A DNA stretch of 64,000 nt. It comes from Niveispirillum sp. Its GTDB lineage: Bacteria; Pseudomonadota; Alphaproteobacteria; Azospirillales; Azospirillaceae. Below are positions 20,464 to 29,681 of this stretch, in pieces (position 1 is the first letter of the stretch; each line of letters starts with the position of its first letter). The notes under the pieces were generated by a model. It saw only the letters and a list, made by a program, of their open reading frames with translations, had not been told where the DNA came from and did not search any database. Location: assembly GCF_017996735.1 (NCBI RefSeq), contig NZ_JAGOGJ010000006.1, positions 46,295-110,294 on the forward strand. Direction: 5' to 3'. The translations under genes and the position numbers were made by a program.

Positions 20464-20562
20464 GCGCCGGGCGCCGCCATCCGGCGGCTTGGCTTACGGC
20501 ACCACCGGGTGCCGGGCCGCCGGTCGGCGGCCTACCCGCCGCTCGCGGGAGCGAGCGGCGGG
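20464..20562. repeat. Mosaic palindromic element (four tetraloop hairpins) between scoA and scoB; partial second copy at 41103-41152
   Basis: Stems 20473-20488, 20497-20514, 20515-20532, 20535-20562; first 41 alignment columns match 41103-41142 at 36 positions. Confidence 0.7.
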
Positions 20563-21264
20563 TTAATCGCGCTTACGGGTAGTGCGCTGTTCGATGCGCT
20601 TTTCATGCTCGCCCATGATGATGCGCTGCACGAAAATGCCCGGCGTGTGGACATGATCGGGGTCGATCGTGCCGACATTCACCAGTTGCTCCACCTCCGC
20701 GACGGTGACCCTGCCGGCCATGGCCATCATCGGGTTGAAGTTGCGCGCCGTCTTCCGATAGATCAGGTTGCCTTCCGTGTCGCCCTTCCAGGCCTTCACG
20801 ATGGCCAGATCGGCGCGCAGGCCCCGCTCCATGACATAGGTTTCGCCGTCGAACTCGCGCAGTTCCTTGCCCTCGGCCACCAGCGTGCCCACGCCCGTCT
20901 TCGTGAAGAAGGCCGGGATGCCGGCGCCGCCGGCGCGGATACGCTCGGCCAGGGTGCCCTGCGGGTTGAATTCAAGCTCCAGCTCACCGGACAGGAACTG
21001 CTGCGCGAACAGCTTGTTCTCACCCACATAGGAGCTGATCATCTTCTTGATCTGCTTGGTCTCCAGAAGCTGGCCCAGGCCGAAGCCATCCACGCCCGCA
21101 TTGTTGGAGATGACCGTCAGGCCCTTCACGCCCGACAGCTTGATCGCAGCGATCAGATTTTCGGGAATGCCGCAAAGACCGAACCCGCCGGCCATCACGG
21201 TCATGTCATCGCGCAGCAGCCCTGCCAGGGCCGATACGGCGTCGGTATAGACTTTCTTGCTCAT
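20563..21264 (-). CDS. scoA: 3-oxoacid CoA-transferase subunit A
   Basis: [47 protein letters not shown]. Confidence 0.93.
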   Translation of the reverse strand: MSKKVYTDAVSALAGLLRDDMTVMAGGFGLCGIPENLIAAIKLSGVKGLTVISNNAGVDGFGLGQLLETKQIKKMISSYVGENKLFAQQFLSGELELEFNPQGTLAERIRAGGAGIPAFFTKTGVGTLVAEGKELREFDGETYVMERGLRADLAIVKAWKGDTEGNLIYRKTARNFNPMMAMAGRVTVAEVEQLVNVGTIDPDHVHTPGIFVQRIIMGEHEKRIEQRTTRKRD

Positions 21265-21351
21265 GAGCGTGCCCGCGGCCTCCTCCATTATGTGGGCTTT
21301 TCCCCAGAGGTGTACGGCGGTGCAGCATGGGAGTCAATGCGCCACCCCACA

Positions 21352-21382
21352 CAATATGAAACATGATTCAATTTTCATATTG
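21352..21382. promoter_or_regulatory. AT-rich inverted repeat CAATATGAAA-N11-TTTCATATTG (candidate operator)
   Basis: Perfect 10-bp arms in the divergent scoA / cytochrome c intergenic region. Confidence 0.5.
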
Positions 21383-21540
21383 ATTATATCCACCTGATGA
21401 CAGGTGGCGGCGGCGGCGCACGCCATGTTGCTATTGTTACGCCTGTGGCGGCCGGGCGCGGGCTGCGGCATGATCGGTGGCGATGGGTTGGTTAACGGGC
21501 CTGGGGGCAGGCCCCGTCATCGAAGGTTTCCGAAAAAATC

Positions 21541-22056
21541 ATGCGCATGTCTTCTATCATCCGGCGGGCCGCGCGTCCTGCACTGATATCCTGCGTCCTG
21601 CTGTGCGCGACGGGGGTGGCCATGGCCCAGGACAAGGTGGCACGCGGCGCCTATCTGGTCGGCATCCTGGGCTGTGGTGACTGCCATACGGCGGGCGCGA
21701 TGGCGGGCAAACCCGACATGACGCGCCGGCTGGGCGGCAGTGATGTCGGCTGGCAGGTACCGGGCCTGGGCGTCTTTGTCGGGTCCAACCTGACACCCGA
21801 CCGGCAGACGGGCCTGGGCGGCTGGACCGACACCGAAATCGTCACGGCCCTGCGCACCGGTGTGCGCCCCGACGGGCGGCAGCTTGCCCCCGTGATGCCA
21901 TATATGGGTTATAGCCAGATGAATGACGCGGATGCCGCCGCCATCGTCGCCTATCTGCGTTCGCTGACGCCTGTGTCGGCCGGTGTCCCCGGCCCGTTCG
22001 GCCCGGGCGAGAAGCCGACCCTGCCCTATTTCGCCCTGACAATGCCGGGCACGTGA
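21541..22056 (+). CDS. Monoheme c-type cytochrome
   Basis: Signal peptide; CGDCHT heme motif; SNLTPD...TGLGGW; VMPY. Confidence 0.88.
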   Translation: MRMSSIIRRAARPALISCVLLCATGVAMAQDKVARGAYLVGILGCGDCHTAGAMAGKPDMTRRLGGSDVGWQVPGLGVFVGSNLTPDRQTGLGGWTDTEIVTALRTGVRPDGRQLAPVMPYMGYSQMNDADAAAIVAYLRSLTPVSAGVPGPFGPGEKPTLPYFALTMPGT

Positions 22057-22068
22057 CGGAGAGAAAAG

Positions 22069-22455
22069 GTGCGCATCGCCCATGTCGCCCTGTGGACCAC
22101 CGATCTGGACGAAGCCGCACGCTTCTGGGTGACGCATTTCGGGGCGGAGGTCGGTGATCTTTATGAAAGCCGCCGCCGCCCCGGCTTCACCTCCCGCTTT
22201 GTGCGCCTGAAGGAAGGGGCCGTCATCGAATTGATGAGCGCGCCCTGGCTGTCGGGTGAAGGCGAACAGGGCTGGGAACGCTGTGGCTGGGCACATATCG
22301 CCCTGTCGCTGGGCTCCCAGGCGGCCGTCAACGACCTGGCCGCCCGACTGTCGGCCCTGGACCTGCTGGACAGCGGCCCGCGCTGGACCGGCGACGGCTA
22401 TTACGAGGCAGTGGTGAAGGACCCGGATGGCAACCTGATCGAGATTACGGTTTAA
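22069..22455 (+). CDS. VOC/glyoxalase family protein
   Basis: IAHVALWTTDL, IELM, GWAHIALSLGS, DPDGNLIEI. Confidence 0.88.
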   Translation: MRIAHVALWTTDLDEAARFWVTHFGAEVGDLYESRRRPGFTSRFVRLKEGAVIELMSAPWLSGEGEQGWERCGWAHIALSLGSQAAVNDLAARLSALDLLDSGPRWTGDGYYEAVVKDPDGNLIEITV

Positions 22456-22456
22456 A

Positions 22457-22485
22457 ACCGACAGTCAGAATTCATGACCGTCGGT
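22457..22485. repeat. 29-bp imperfect palindrome, copy 1 (ACCGACAGTCA-N7-TGACCGTCGGT)
   Basis: 24/29 identical to the copy at 23306; reverse complement 22/29 identical to the copy at 58276. Confidence 0.65.
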
Positions 22486-22596
22486 AAGGCGTAGGCCAAG
22501 GACGCGCCCGACCGGCGCCTGAGGCAGCGCGAATGCGCCCGCCATGGCAGCCTTGCCGGCCCGGCATTTTACTGTAACCGTCGGTTGGGGTAGAGG

Positions 22597-23271
22597 ATGT
22601 CCATTCCCGACATCCCCTGTTCCCGCCCGGTGGCCGTGATGACCGACCTGGTCCTTTCCACTTTTATCGCCTTTTTCGTGACCATCGATCCCATCGGCCT
22701 TGGCCCCATGTTCGCAGGGCTGACGGCCGGCATGGATGCGCGCCATCGCCGCCGCACCGCCGTGAAGGGCGTGGTGATCGGCACCGGCCTGCTGTTCGGC
22801 TTCGCCTTCATCGGTGAATTGCTGCTGACCTCGCTGGGCATCGGGGTCGGGGCCTTCCGCATCGCCGGCGGCATCCTGTTGCTGCTGGTCGCCATCGACA
22901 TGGTGTTTGCCCGCGAAAGCGGCCTGCGCACCGCCACGGCGGAGGAGAAGGAGGAGGCGACGCACAAGGCCGACATCTCCGTCTTCCCGCTGGCCATACC
23001 CCTGATCGCGGGACCGGGCGCCATGACCTCCGTCGTGCTGCTGATGGGCCGCGCCGATGGCGACCTGCTGATGCAGGCCACCGTCCTGGCGGTTCTGTCG
23101 GGCGTGCTGCTGGCCACCCTGTTCGTGCTGGTCTTCGCGGGCGAGGTGTCGAAGTTGCTGGGCGTCACCGGCATCAATGTGATCAACCGTGTGCTGGGCA
23201 TCCTGCTGACGGCGCTGGCCTGTCAGTTCATCATCGACGGCGTCATCGAAAGCGGCATTCTGGGGCATTAA
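22597..23271 (+). CDS. MarC family membrane protein
   Basis: FFVTIDPIG, FRIAGGILLL, FPLAIPLIAGPGAMTSV, RVLGILLTALACQFI. Confidence 0.93.
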   Translation: MSIPDIPCSRPVAVMTDLVLSTFIAFFVTIDPIGLGPMFAGLTAGMDARHRRRTAVKGVVIGTGLLFGFAFIGELLLTSLGIGVGAFRIAGGILLLLVAIDMVFARESGLRTATAEEKEEATHKADISVFPLAIPLIAGPGAMTSVVLLMGRADGDLLMQATVLAVLSGVLLATLFVLVFAGEVSKLLGVTGINVINRVLGILLTALACQFIIDGVIESGILGH

Positions 23272-23305
23272 ATGCCCACCCTCAATCGCCGGCGGTCGCC
23301 GCCGT

Positions 23306-23334
23306 ACCGACAGTCAGGCTTGCTGGCCGTCGGT
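23306..23334. repeat. 29-bp imperfect palindrome, copy 2
   Basis: ACCGACAGTCA-GGCTTGC-TGGCCGTCGGT between convergent marC-like and ada-like genes. Confidence 0.65.
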
Positions 23335-23345
23335 TTGATAACCCC

Positions 23346-24290
23346 TCACTCCCCCGCCAGCCGCGCGCCTTCCCAGGCCAGCAGGGTGCGTTTCTGCACC
23401 GGGCCCCAGCGGTAATTGTCCAGCACGCCCGTGCCCCGGATGACGCGGTGGCAGGGGATCAGCCAGGCGAGCTTGTTGGCGCCCACGGCATTGCCCACGG
23501 CGCGGGCCGCACCGGGCTGGCCGATGCGGTCGGCGATGCCGGCATAGGTGGTGACCCCGCCATAGGGAATGTCCAGCAGGGCGCGCCAGACCCGCATCTG
23601 GAAGTTCGTGCCCTTCAGATGCAGCGTCACCGGCCCCTGCCCCTGGGCCGCCGGGTCCAGGGAGGATGCGGCCGACCGCGTGGGTTCGGGGTCTTCCACG
23701 AATGTCGCCTGCGGCCAGTCGCGCTGCAATTCCTGCATCTGCCCCGCCGGATCACCATCGGCCCCGATGAAACCGAACCAGCACACGCCCCGGTCGGTGG
23801 CGGCCAGCAAGGCGGCGCCCAATGCGGTCTGATGCACGGCCCAGCGGATGACCATGCCCTTGCCGGCGGCCTTGTATTCGCCGGGCGTCACGCCTTCGGC
23901 CACCACGAAAAGGTCATGCAGCCGCGACGGGCCGGACAGGCCCAGATCCAGGCTGGCGCCCAGCAGGTCGTTGCCGCCCTCCCCGCGCAACAGGGCACGC
24001 GCATGCCCCAGCGTGGCGAACTGCGCGAAGCGTTTCGGGCTGATCCCGGCCCAGCGCTTGAACAGGCGCTGGAAATGCCACTGGGTCAGCCCCGCCTCTG
24101 CTGCCAGTTGCTCCAGCGCGGGCGGTTCCTGCCAGTCGCGCGCCAGCCGGTGAAGCGCCCCCGCCACCAGCCGCGCCCCGCCATCGGCCAGCACGGGATC
24201 GCGGGGGTCGTCGGGCAGGGGGCCGGTCTGGTCATTCATGACGGTCAGGGCGCGCAACGGGGTGAAGGGGGGCCGGGTCGCGGTCAGCAT
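23346..24290 (-). CDS. Bifunctional AraC-HTH / methylated-DNA-protein-cysteine methyltransferase (Ada/Ogt-like)
   Basis: HFQRLFKRWAGISPKRF HTH; GTNFQMRVW; IPCHRVI active site. Confidence 0.92.
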   Translation of the reverse strand: MLTATRPPFTPLRALTVMNDQTGPLPDDPRDPVLADGGARLVAGALHRLARDWQEPPALEQLAAEAGLTQWHFQRLFKRWAGISPKRFAQFATLGHARALLRGEGGNDLLGASLDLGLSGPSRLHDLFVVAEGVTPGEYKAAGKGMVIRWAVHQTALGAALLAATDRGVCWFGFIGADGDPAGQMQELQRDWPQATFVEDPEPTRSAASSLDPAAQGQGPVTLHLKGTNFQMRVWRALLDIPYGGVTTYAGIADRIGQPGAARAVGNAVGANKLAWLIPCHRVIRGTGVLDNYRWGPVQKRTLLAWEGARLAGE

Positions 24291-24510
24291 GATGGGTCCT
24301 TTCCTCTGATCTGACCAGAGGATGGCGCAGCCCCATGCCCCGCCCCACCCGATTGTTGCTGTGACCCGCCGGACGCGCCGTCTTCATGGGTGTTGTGCGA
24401 AGGAAGGGGGGGCGGCTGCCTTGCGAAGGCTGGACGAGCGGGTTATGGATAGCCCGCTCCGGCACCGGAGCCTTTGCGAAAATTACCCTGACCCTTGATG
24501 GAATGGCGTT

Positions 24511-25746
24511 ATGGCGCGGCTTGTCCTGAAATTCGGTGGCACCTCGGTCGGCGATATCGAGCGGATCAAGAATGTCGCTAAAAAGGTGAAACAGGAGGTC
24601 GATGCCGGGCATGAGGTGGCCGTCGTCGTCTCCGCCATGTCGGGCGTGACCAACCAGTTGGTCGATTACTGCCGCCAAATCGCGAAGGTCCATGATCAGG
24701 CCGAATATGACGCCGTCGTCGCCTCGGGCGAGCAGGTGACGTCCGGTCTGCTGGCCATCGCGCTGCAGGAAATCGGCATTCCCGCCCGCTCCTGGCAGGG
24801 CTGGCAGATCCCGCTGATCGCGGACGAGACGCATGGCAAGTCGCGGATCGAGCGGATCGACACCACCAAGCTGTCGGAAAACATGTCCCAGGGCGTGGTC
24901 GGCGTCGTCGCCGGCTTCCAGGGCGTGACCGAGAAGGGCCGCATCGCGACCCTGGGTCGTGGCGGTTCCGACACCTCGGCGGTGGCGCTGGCTGCGGCCT
25001 TGAAAGCCGACCGCTGCGACATTTATACGGATGTCGACGGCGTCTATACGACCGACCCCCGCATCGTGAAGTCGGCGCGCAAGCTGCACCGCGTCACGTA
25101 TGAGGAAATGCTGGAAATGGCGTCGCTGGGCGCCAAGGTCCTGCAGACGCGGTCGGTCGAGATGGCCATGAAGCACCATGTGCGGGTGCAGGTTTTGTCA
25201 ACTTTTGAACAGGCGGCTGGCTCGGATCTGCCCGGCACCCTGGTCGTGGACGAGGATGAGATCGTGGAACAGGAACTGGTCAGCGGCATCGCCTATAGCC
25301 GGGACGAGGCGAAGATCACCCTGATTGGCGTGGAAGACCAGCCGGGCGTGGCCGCCCGTATCTTCGGGCCTCTGACGGATGCCGCCATCAATGTCGACAT
25401 GATCGTGCAGAACGTGTCCGAAGATGGCCGCACCACCGACATGACCTTCACCGTGGGCAAGGCCGATCTGGACCGCGCGGTCCAGGTGCTGGAAAAGTCC
25501 AAGGACACGCTGAACTATCGCCGCCTCGTCTCCGACGCCAATGTCGTGAAGGTGTCGGTGATCGGTGTCGGCATGCGTTCCCATGCCGGTGTCGCTCAGC
25601 GCATGTTCAAGGCCCTGGCCGATCGCGGCATCAATATCCAGGTCATCAGCACCAGTGAGATCAAGGTCTCCGTCCTGATCGCCGAGGAATATACCGAGCT
25701 GGCGCTCCGCTCCCTGCACACGGCCTACGGCCTGGACAAGGCGTGA
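24511..25746 (+). CDS. lysC: Aspartate kinase
   Basis: KFGGTSV, TLGRGGSDTSAV, DVDGVYTTDPR, two ACT domains ending ISTSEIKVS. Confidence 0.97.
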   Translation: MARLVLKFGGTSVGDIERIKNVAKKVKQEVDAGHEVAVVVSAMSGVTNQLVDYCRQIAKVHDQAEYDAVVASGEQVTSGLLAIALQEIGIPARSWQGWQIPLIADETHGKSRIERIDTTKLSENMSQGVVGVVAGFQGVTEKGRIATLGRGGSDTSAVALAAALKADRCDIYTDVDGVYTTDPRIVKSARKLHRVTYEEMLEMASLGAKVLQTRSVEMAMKHHVRVQVLSTFEQAAGSDLPGTLVVDEDEIVEQELVSGIAYSRDEAKITLIGVEDQPGVAARIFGPLTDAAINVDMIVQNVSEDGRTTDMTFTVGKADLDRAVQVLEKSKDTLNYRRLVSDANVVKVSVIGVGMRSHAGVAQRMFKALADRGINIQVISTSEIKVSVLIAEEYTELALRSLHTAYGLDKA

Positions 25747-25756
25747 TTTTCTGCTT

Positions 25757-25789
25757 CCCCCACCCGTCCGTTACGGGCACGGGTGGGGG
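25757..25789 (+). terminator. Hairpin after lysC
   Basis: CCCCCACCCGT / ACGGGTGGGGG 11-bp arms. Confidence 0.6.
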
Positions 25790-25999
25790 TATTGCGGCTG
25801 CCCGTTGACGGCAGCGCCGATGCGGCCTGAAACCGGCCCCTCCGCCATCCGCCATAGGCCCGTACAGACGGGCCTATCCTTTCGCCTAGTTTCCCGAACT
25901 GTGCCTTACAGGTCACTATCGTTGCGAAATGGCCATGGGCCATCGCGGCAGGACCTATAGTGGGCAGGTGGGCGATGCCGACGCGGAAAAGGGGCGGAT

Positions 26000-27811
26000 G
26001 TGGAAGCCATCAATGAGATGATCTTCCTGGCGGGGCTGCTGCTGTTGCTGGCCATTCTGGCCGGCCGCATCTCCTCACGCCTGGGCGCCCCGCTGCTGCT
26101 GGTCTTTCTGGGCCTGGGCATGCTGGCGGGGGAGGACGGGCCCGGCCGCATCCATTTCAGCGACTTCAAGCTGGCCTATCTGATGGGCTCCACGGCGCTG
26201 GCTGTCATCCTGTTCGATGGCGGGTTGCGCACCCATGCCGATACGTTCCGTCTGGCCCGCTGGCCGGCGCTCAGCCTGGCGACGGCAGGTGTGCTGATCA
26301 CCGCCGTGGTCACGGGGGCAATGGTCTGCCTGGTGATGGATGTCGGCTGGATGGAAGGGTTCCTGGTCGGATCGATCATCGCATCGACCGACGCGGCGGC
26401 CGTATTTTTCCTGTTGAACCTGCGTGGTCTGGCGCTGCGCGGCCGCATCTCCGCCACGCTGGAGGTGGAATCGGGCCTGAACGACCCGATGGCCGTGTTG
26501 CTGACCCTGCTGGCCGTCACCACCCTGACCACAGCCGGCAGCGTCGAACCGCTGCATCTGCTGCTGGAACTGCTACAGCAACTGCTGGGCGGCGTGGTGT
26601 TCGGCGTCGCCGCCGGCTATTCACTGGTCTGGCTGGTCAACCGGCTGGATCTGGCCGACGGGCTGTACCCGATCCTGGCCCTGTCCTTCTCCCTGTTCGT
26701 CTTCGGCGGGGCGCAGGCGGCGGGGGCATCGGGATTCATGGCCGTCTATCTGGCCGGTCTGATCCTGGGCAACCGCCCGCACAAGGCCGACCGCCTGATC
26801 CGCCGCTTCCATGACGGGCTGGCCTGGTTGGCGCAGATCGGGCTGTTCGTGATGCTGGGTCTGCTGGTCACGCCCTCGACCCTGGGTCCCTATCTGCTGT
26901 CCGGCACGCTGGTGGCGCTGGGCCTGATGCTGGTGGCGCGTCCGCTGGCCGTCTTCGCCTGCCTGCTGCCCTTCCGCTTCACCCTGACCGAACTGACCTA
27001 TATCTCCTGGGTGGGGCTGCGCGGGGCCGTGCCCATCGTGCTGGCCGCCATGCCGGTGCTGGCCGGCGTGCCCAATGCCCAGGCCTATTTCGCCGTGGCC
27101 TTCGTCGTCGTGCTGCTGTCGCTGCTGATCCAGGGCTGGACCGTGGGGCCGTCGGCGCGGCTGCTGGGCCTGCTGGCCCCGCCACAGCCGGAGCCGCCAA
27201 GCCGCGCCGATGTCGACCTGCCGGATGGGTCGGGGCAACTGGCCGTGTTCACCGTCGCCCGCGACAGCGAGGCTGCGCGGCGGGGGCGCGGCAAGCTGAT
27301 CATCCCCGAGTCGGTGCAGCTTCTGGCCCTGATCCAGAATGGCCGGCCGGTGCGGCCGGAGGATGCCAACCGTCTGCAGCCCGGCGATACCGTGTTGGCC
27401 ATGGGCGACGGATCGGCGCTGGCCGTCATGGACCGGCTGTTCGGTCGCAAGATCGAAGCCTTTGACGAGGACCGGCCCGCCGGCGACTTCCAGATCCAGG
27501 GCGACATGCCCGCCATGGCCGTGGGCGGCCTCTACGGGTTTGACGCGGGCGACGACCCGACCCAGACCCTGTCCGGCCTGATCCGCCGCCGCCTGGGCCA
27601 CGACCCCTCGCTGGGCGACCGGGTGCGGGTGGGGGAGATGGAACTGATCGTGGTCAGCCTGAACGGCAGCGCGGTGGAGGTGGTGGGTATCGACCTGACC
27701 CCGCCCGCCACGGGCTGGGCCGGATTTCGCGACCAGTTGCGGGCCTATGGCGCCCGCATCCGCCGCCGCCTGTCCCTCCCCCTGCGCCGGCAGGCCGCGG
27801 GCAGCGATTGA
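26000..27811 (+). CDS. cvrA: K+/H+ antiporter (CvrA/NhaP2) with RCK-C and CorC-like C-terminal domains
   Basis: ILFDGGLRT, STDAAAVF, LEVESGLNDPMAV, WVGLRGAVPI. Confidence 0.9.
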   Translation: MEAINEMIFLAGLLLLLAILAGRISSRLGAPLLLVFLGLGMLAGEDGPGRIHFSDFKLAYLMGSTALAVILFDGGLRTHADTFRLARWPALSLATAGVLITAVVTGAMVCLVMDVGWMEGFLVGSIIASTDAAAVFFLLNLRGLALRGRISATLEVESGLNDPMAVLLTLLAVTTLTTAGSVEPLHLLLELLQQLLGGVVFGVAAGYSLVWLVNRLDLADGLYPILALSFSLFVFGGAQAAGASGFMAVYLAGLILGNRPHKADRLIRRFHDGLAWLAQIGLFVMLGLLVTPSTLGPYLLSGTLVALGLMLVARPLAVFACLLPFRFTLTELTYISWVGLRGAVPIVLAAMPVLAGVPNAQAYFAVAFVVVLLSLLIQGWTVGPSARLLGLLAPPQPEPPSRADVDLPDGSGQLAVFTVARDSEAARRGRGKLIIPESVQLLALIQNGRPVRPEDANRLQPGDTVLAMGDGSALAVMDRLFGRKIEAFDEDRPAGDFQIQGDMPAMAVGGLYGFDAGDDPTQTLSGLIRRRLGHDPSLGDRVRVGEMELIVVSLNGSAVEVVGIDLTPPATGWAGFRDQLRAYGARIRRRLSLPLRRQAAGSD

Positions 27812-27845
27812 TCATCACGGCGACGTCATCGGTGGCGGAAAGACC

Positions 27846-29288
27846 TTAAACCGCGCCGACGCTGACATAGCTGGACACGCCCCTTATATGTTCGTCCACG
27901 GCCAACCGGTGCGACAGGGGCGGGAAGGCACGCTGGGTACAGTCCAGGCGCGGGCAGATGCGGCAATTCACGCCGATGGGCGTAGCCGCCTCCACATTCG
28001 CCAGGTCCAGGCCGTCGGCATAGACCAATTGTCCCGCATGGGCCAGATCGCAGCCGATGGCCACCGCGAACTGCCGCGCCGGCTGTTTCCAGCCGCCCCC
28101 CGGCTTTGCCACGGTCCGCACGATGGAGAAGAAGGTGGTGCCATCGGGCATGCGGGCCAATTGTGTCTGGATCTCGCCCGGACGGCGGAAGGCGTCATGC
28201 ACATGCCAGCGCGGGCAGGCCCCGCCAAAGCGGGCGAAATGGAAACCGGGGGCGGCGCTGAACCGTTTCGACATGTTGCCGGCCGGATCGACACGGGCAA
28301 AGAAGAAGGGCACACCCTTCGCCCCCGGCCGTTGCAGCGCCGTCAGCCGGTGGCAGACCTGTTCGTAACTGGCCACGAAGCGGCGCGACAGGATTTCGAT
28401 ATCGTAGCGCACCTCCTTCGCCGCCGTCAGGAACCGGCCATAGGGCATCATGATGCAAGAGGCGAAATAATTGGCCAGCCCCACCCGCGCCAGCCGGCGC
28501 GATTCCTCATGGCTGAAGGACCCGCGCGTCACGGCGGCATCCAGCAGCGCCGCCTGACCCAGCAGGGCCGCCTGGCTGGCCAGTTGGAAGGTGCGGCCCG
28601 CCGGGTCCAGCATTTCGGAGATCAGCACCCGCTTGGAATGCCGGTCATAGCGGCAGATGGCGCCGCCCATGACATCGGTCGGCATCAGCCGCACCCGCAC
28701 CCCGTGCTTTTTCAGAAGATGCGCCGCCAGAGTCCCGTAAAGATTGCCACTGTCCAGATCGCCATCGATCCACAGCGTCTCCGCCGCGATCTCCAGATCG
28801 GGGAAATGGTTCTGTTCGGCCTGGAAAAACTCCGACACCTCCTCCTGCGGGAAGGCATGGGCGCCCATGACCTGCAATTTGTCGCGGTCGGCCACCTTTT
28901 CGGCCAACCCCCCCAGATCCTCCCGCGCCTCACGATAGGCACGGTACATGGAGACGATGGCATGGCCCAGATTGGGGGCGGCGGCGGCCACCTCCTTCAT
29001 GTCCTGGGCCTTGATGTCGCCCGCCTCGAACAGCGGATCGGCAAACACCTCACGCAAGGACGCCACCAGCCTCGTCTCGTCATCCTCGGCGAAACTGGCC
29101 ATGTCGATGCCATAGACCGACGCGATCTTCAGCAGCAGCGGGACGGTCAGCGGGCGCTGGTTGGCCTCGATCAGGTTCAGGTAGCTGGGGGAGACGCCGA
29201 TCTCCTCCGCCATCTGTGCCTGGGTCATCTTCAGGTCACGGCGCAGGCGGCGGACCTTGTGGCCCAGCATGGCCTTCTTTTCCGACAT
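27846..29288 (-). CDS. Short-chain fatty acyl-CoA regulator (ScfR family; RamB-like given aceA nearby)
   Basis: N-terminal XRE HTH (SPSYLNLIEANQRPLT), YEQVCHRLTALQRPG, C-terminal CRICPRLDCTQRA. Confidence 0.9.
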   Translation of the reverse strand: MSEKKAMLGHKVRRLRRDLKMTQAQMAEEIGVSPSYLNLIEANQRPLTVPLLLKIASVYGIDMASFAEDDETRLVASLREVFADPLFEAGDIKAQDMKEVAAAAPNLGHAIVSMYRAYREAREDLGGLAEKVADRDKLQVMGAHAFPQEEVSEFFQAEQNHFPDLEIAAETLWIDGDLDSGNLYGTLAAHLLKKHGVRVRLMPTDVMGGAICRYDRHSKRVLISEMLDPAGRTFQLASQAALLGQAALLDAAVTRGSFSHEESRRLARVGLANYFASCIMMPYGRFLTAAKEVRYDIEILSRRFVASYEQVCHRLTALQRPGAKGVPFFFARVDPAGNMSKRFSAAPGFHFARFGGACPRWHVHDAFRRPGEIQTQLARMPDGTTFFSIVRTVAKPGGGWKQPARQFAVAIGCDLAHAGQLVYADGLDLANVEAATPIGVNCRICPRLDCTQRAFPPLSHRLAVDEHIRGVSSYVSVGAV

Positions 29289-29408
29289 GGATCAGCCTTC
29301 CTTGCGCGCTCAGGGTCTGGGCCTGCCATCGGGCCTGATGGTGCCGCGCGACCGCGATGCAAGCTGCCCTGGCATGGCGCGGACTCTCACGAATTTCAAG
29401 CACTTAAG

Positions 29409-29427
29409 TTGCTATGCACCATAGCAA
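29409..29427. promoter_or_regulatory. Inverted repeat TTGCTATG-N3-CATAGCAA in the regulator / TonB receptor divergent region
   Basis: Perfect 8-bp arms; a second IR, ATTTTCTG-N11-CAGAAAAT, lies at 29576-29602. Confidence 0.4.
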
Positions 29428-29681
29428 TCGCTCCAGGCCGGCGCAAGCCGACCACCAGACGCCTGCCGCCAGGCAATTCCCCGCTCTCCATCGGGATCAG
29501 GGTCCCGCACAGTCTCCTTGTTGGTACCATTATGCAATTTTGGGAACGCACGTTCCGGTACTCGTTGTTTCCTATATTTTCTGCGGTTTATAGACAGAAA
29601 ATTTTACCGACAACGTCACTTGCATTCCAATCATTAACTTGTATAATCATACTCACAAATAACAAATACAGGGAGGGAACG

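Noticed and set aside
24291-24510. Lysine riboswitch upstream of lysC
   Set aside because: Only one short hairpin; none of the conserved riboswitch elements seen
27747-29681. 1392-aa ORF implying a 645-aa N-terminal extension of the TonB receptor
   Set aside because: The extension is the antisense shadow of the ScfR gene plus promoter DNA; SD, signal peptide and TonB box place the start at 29682
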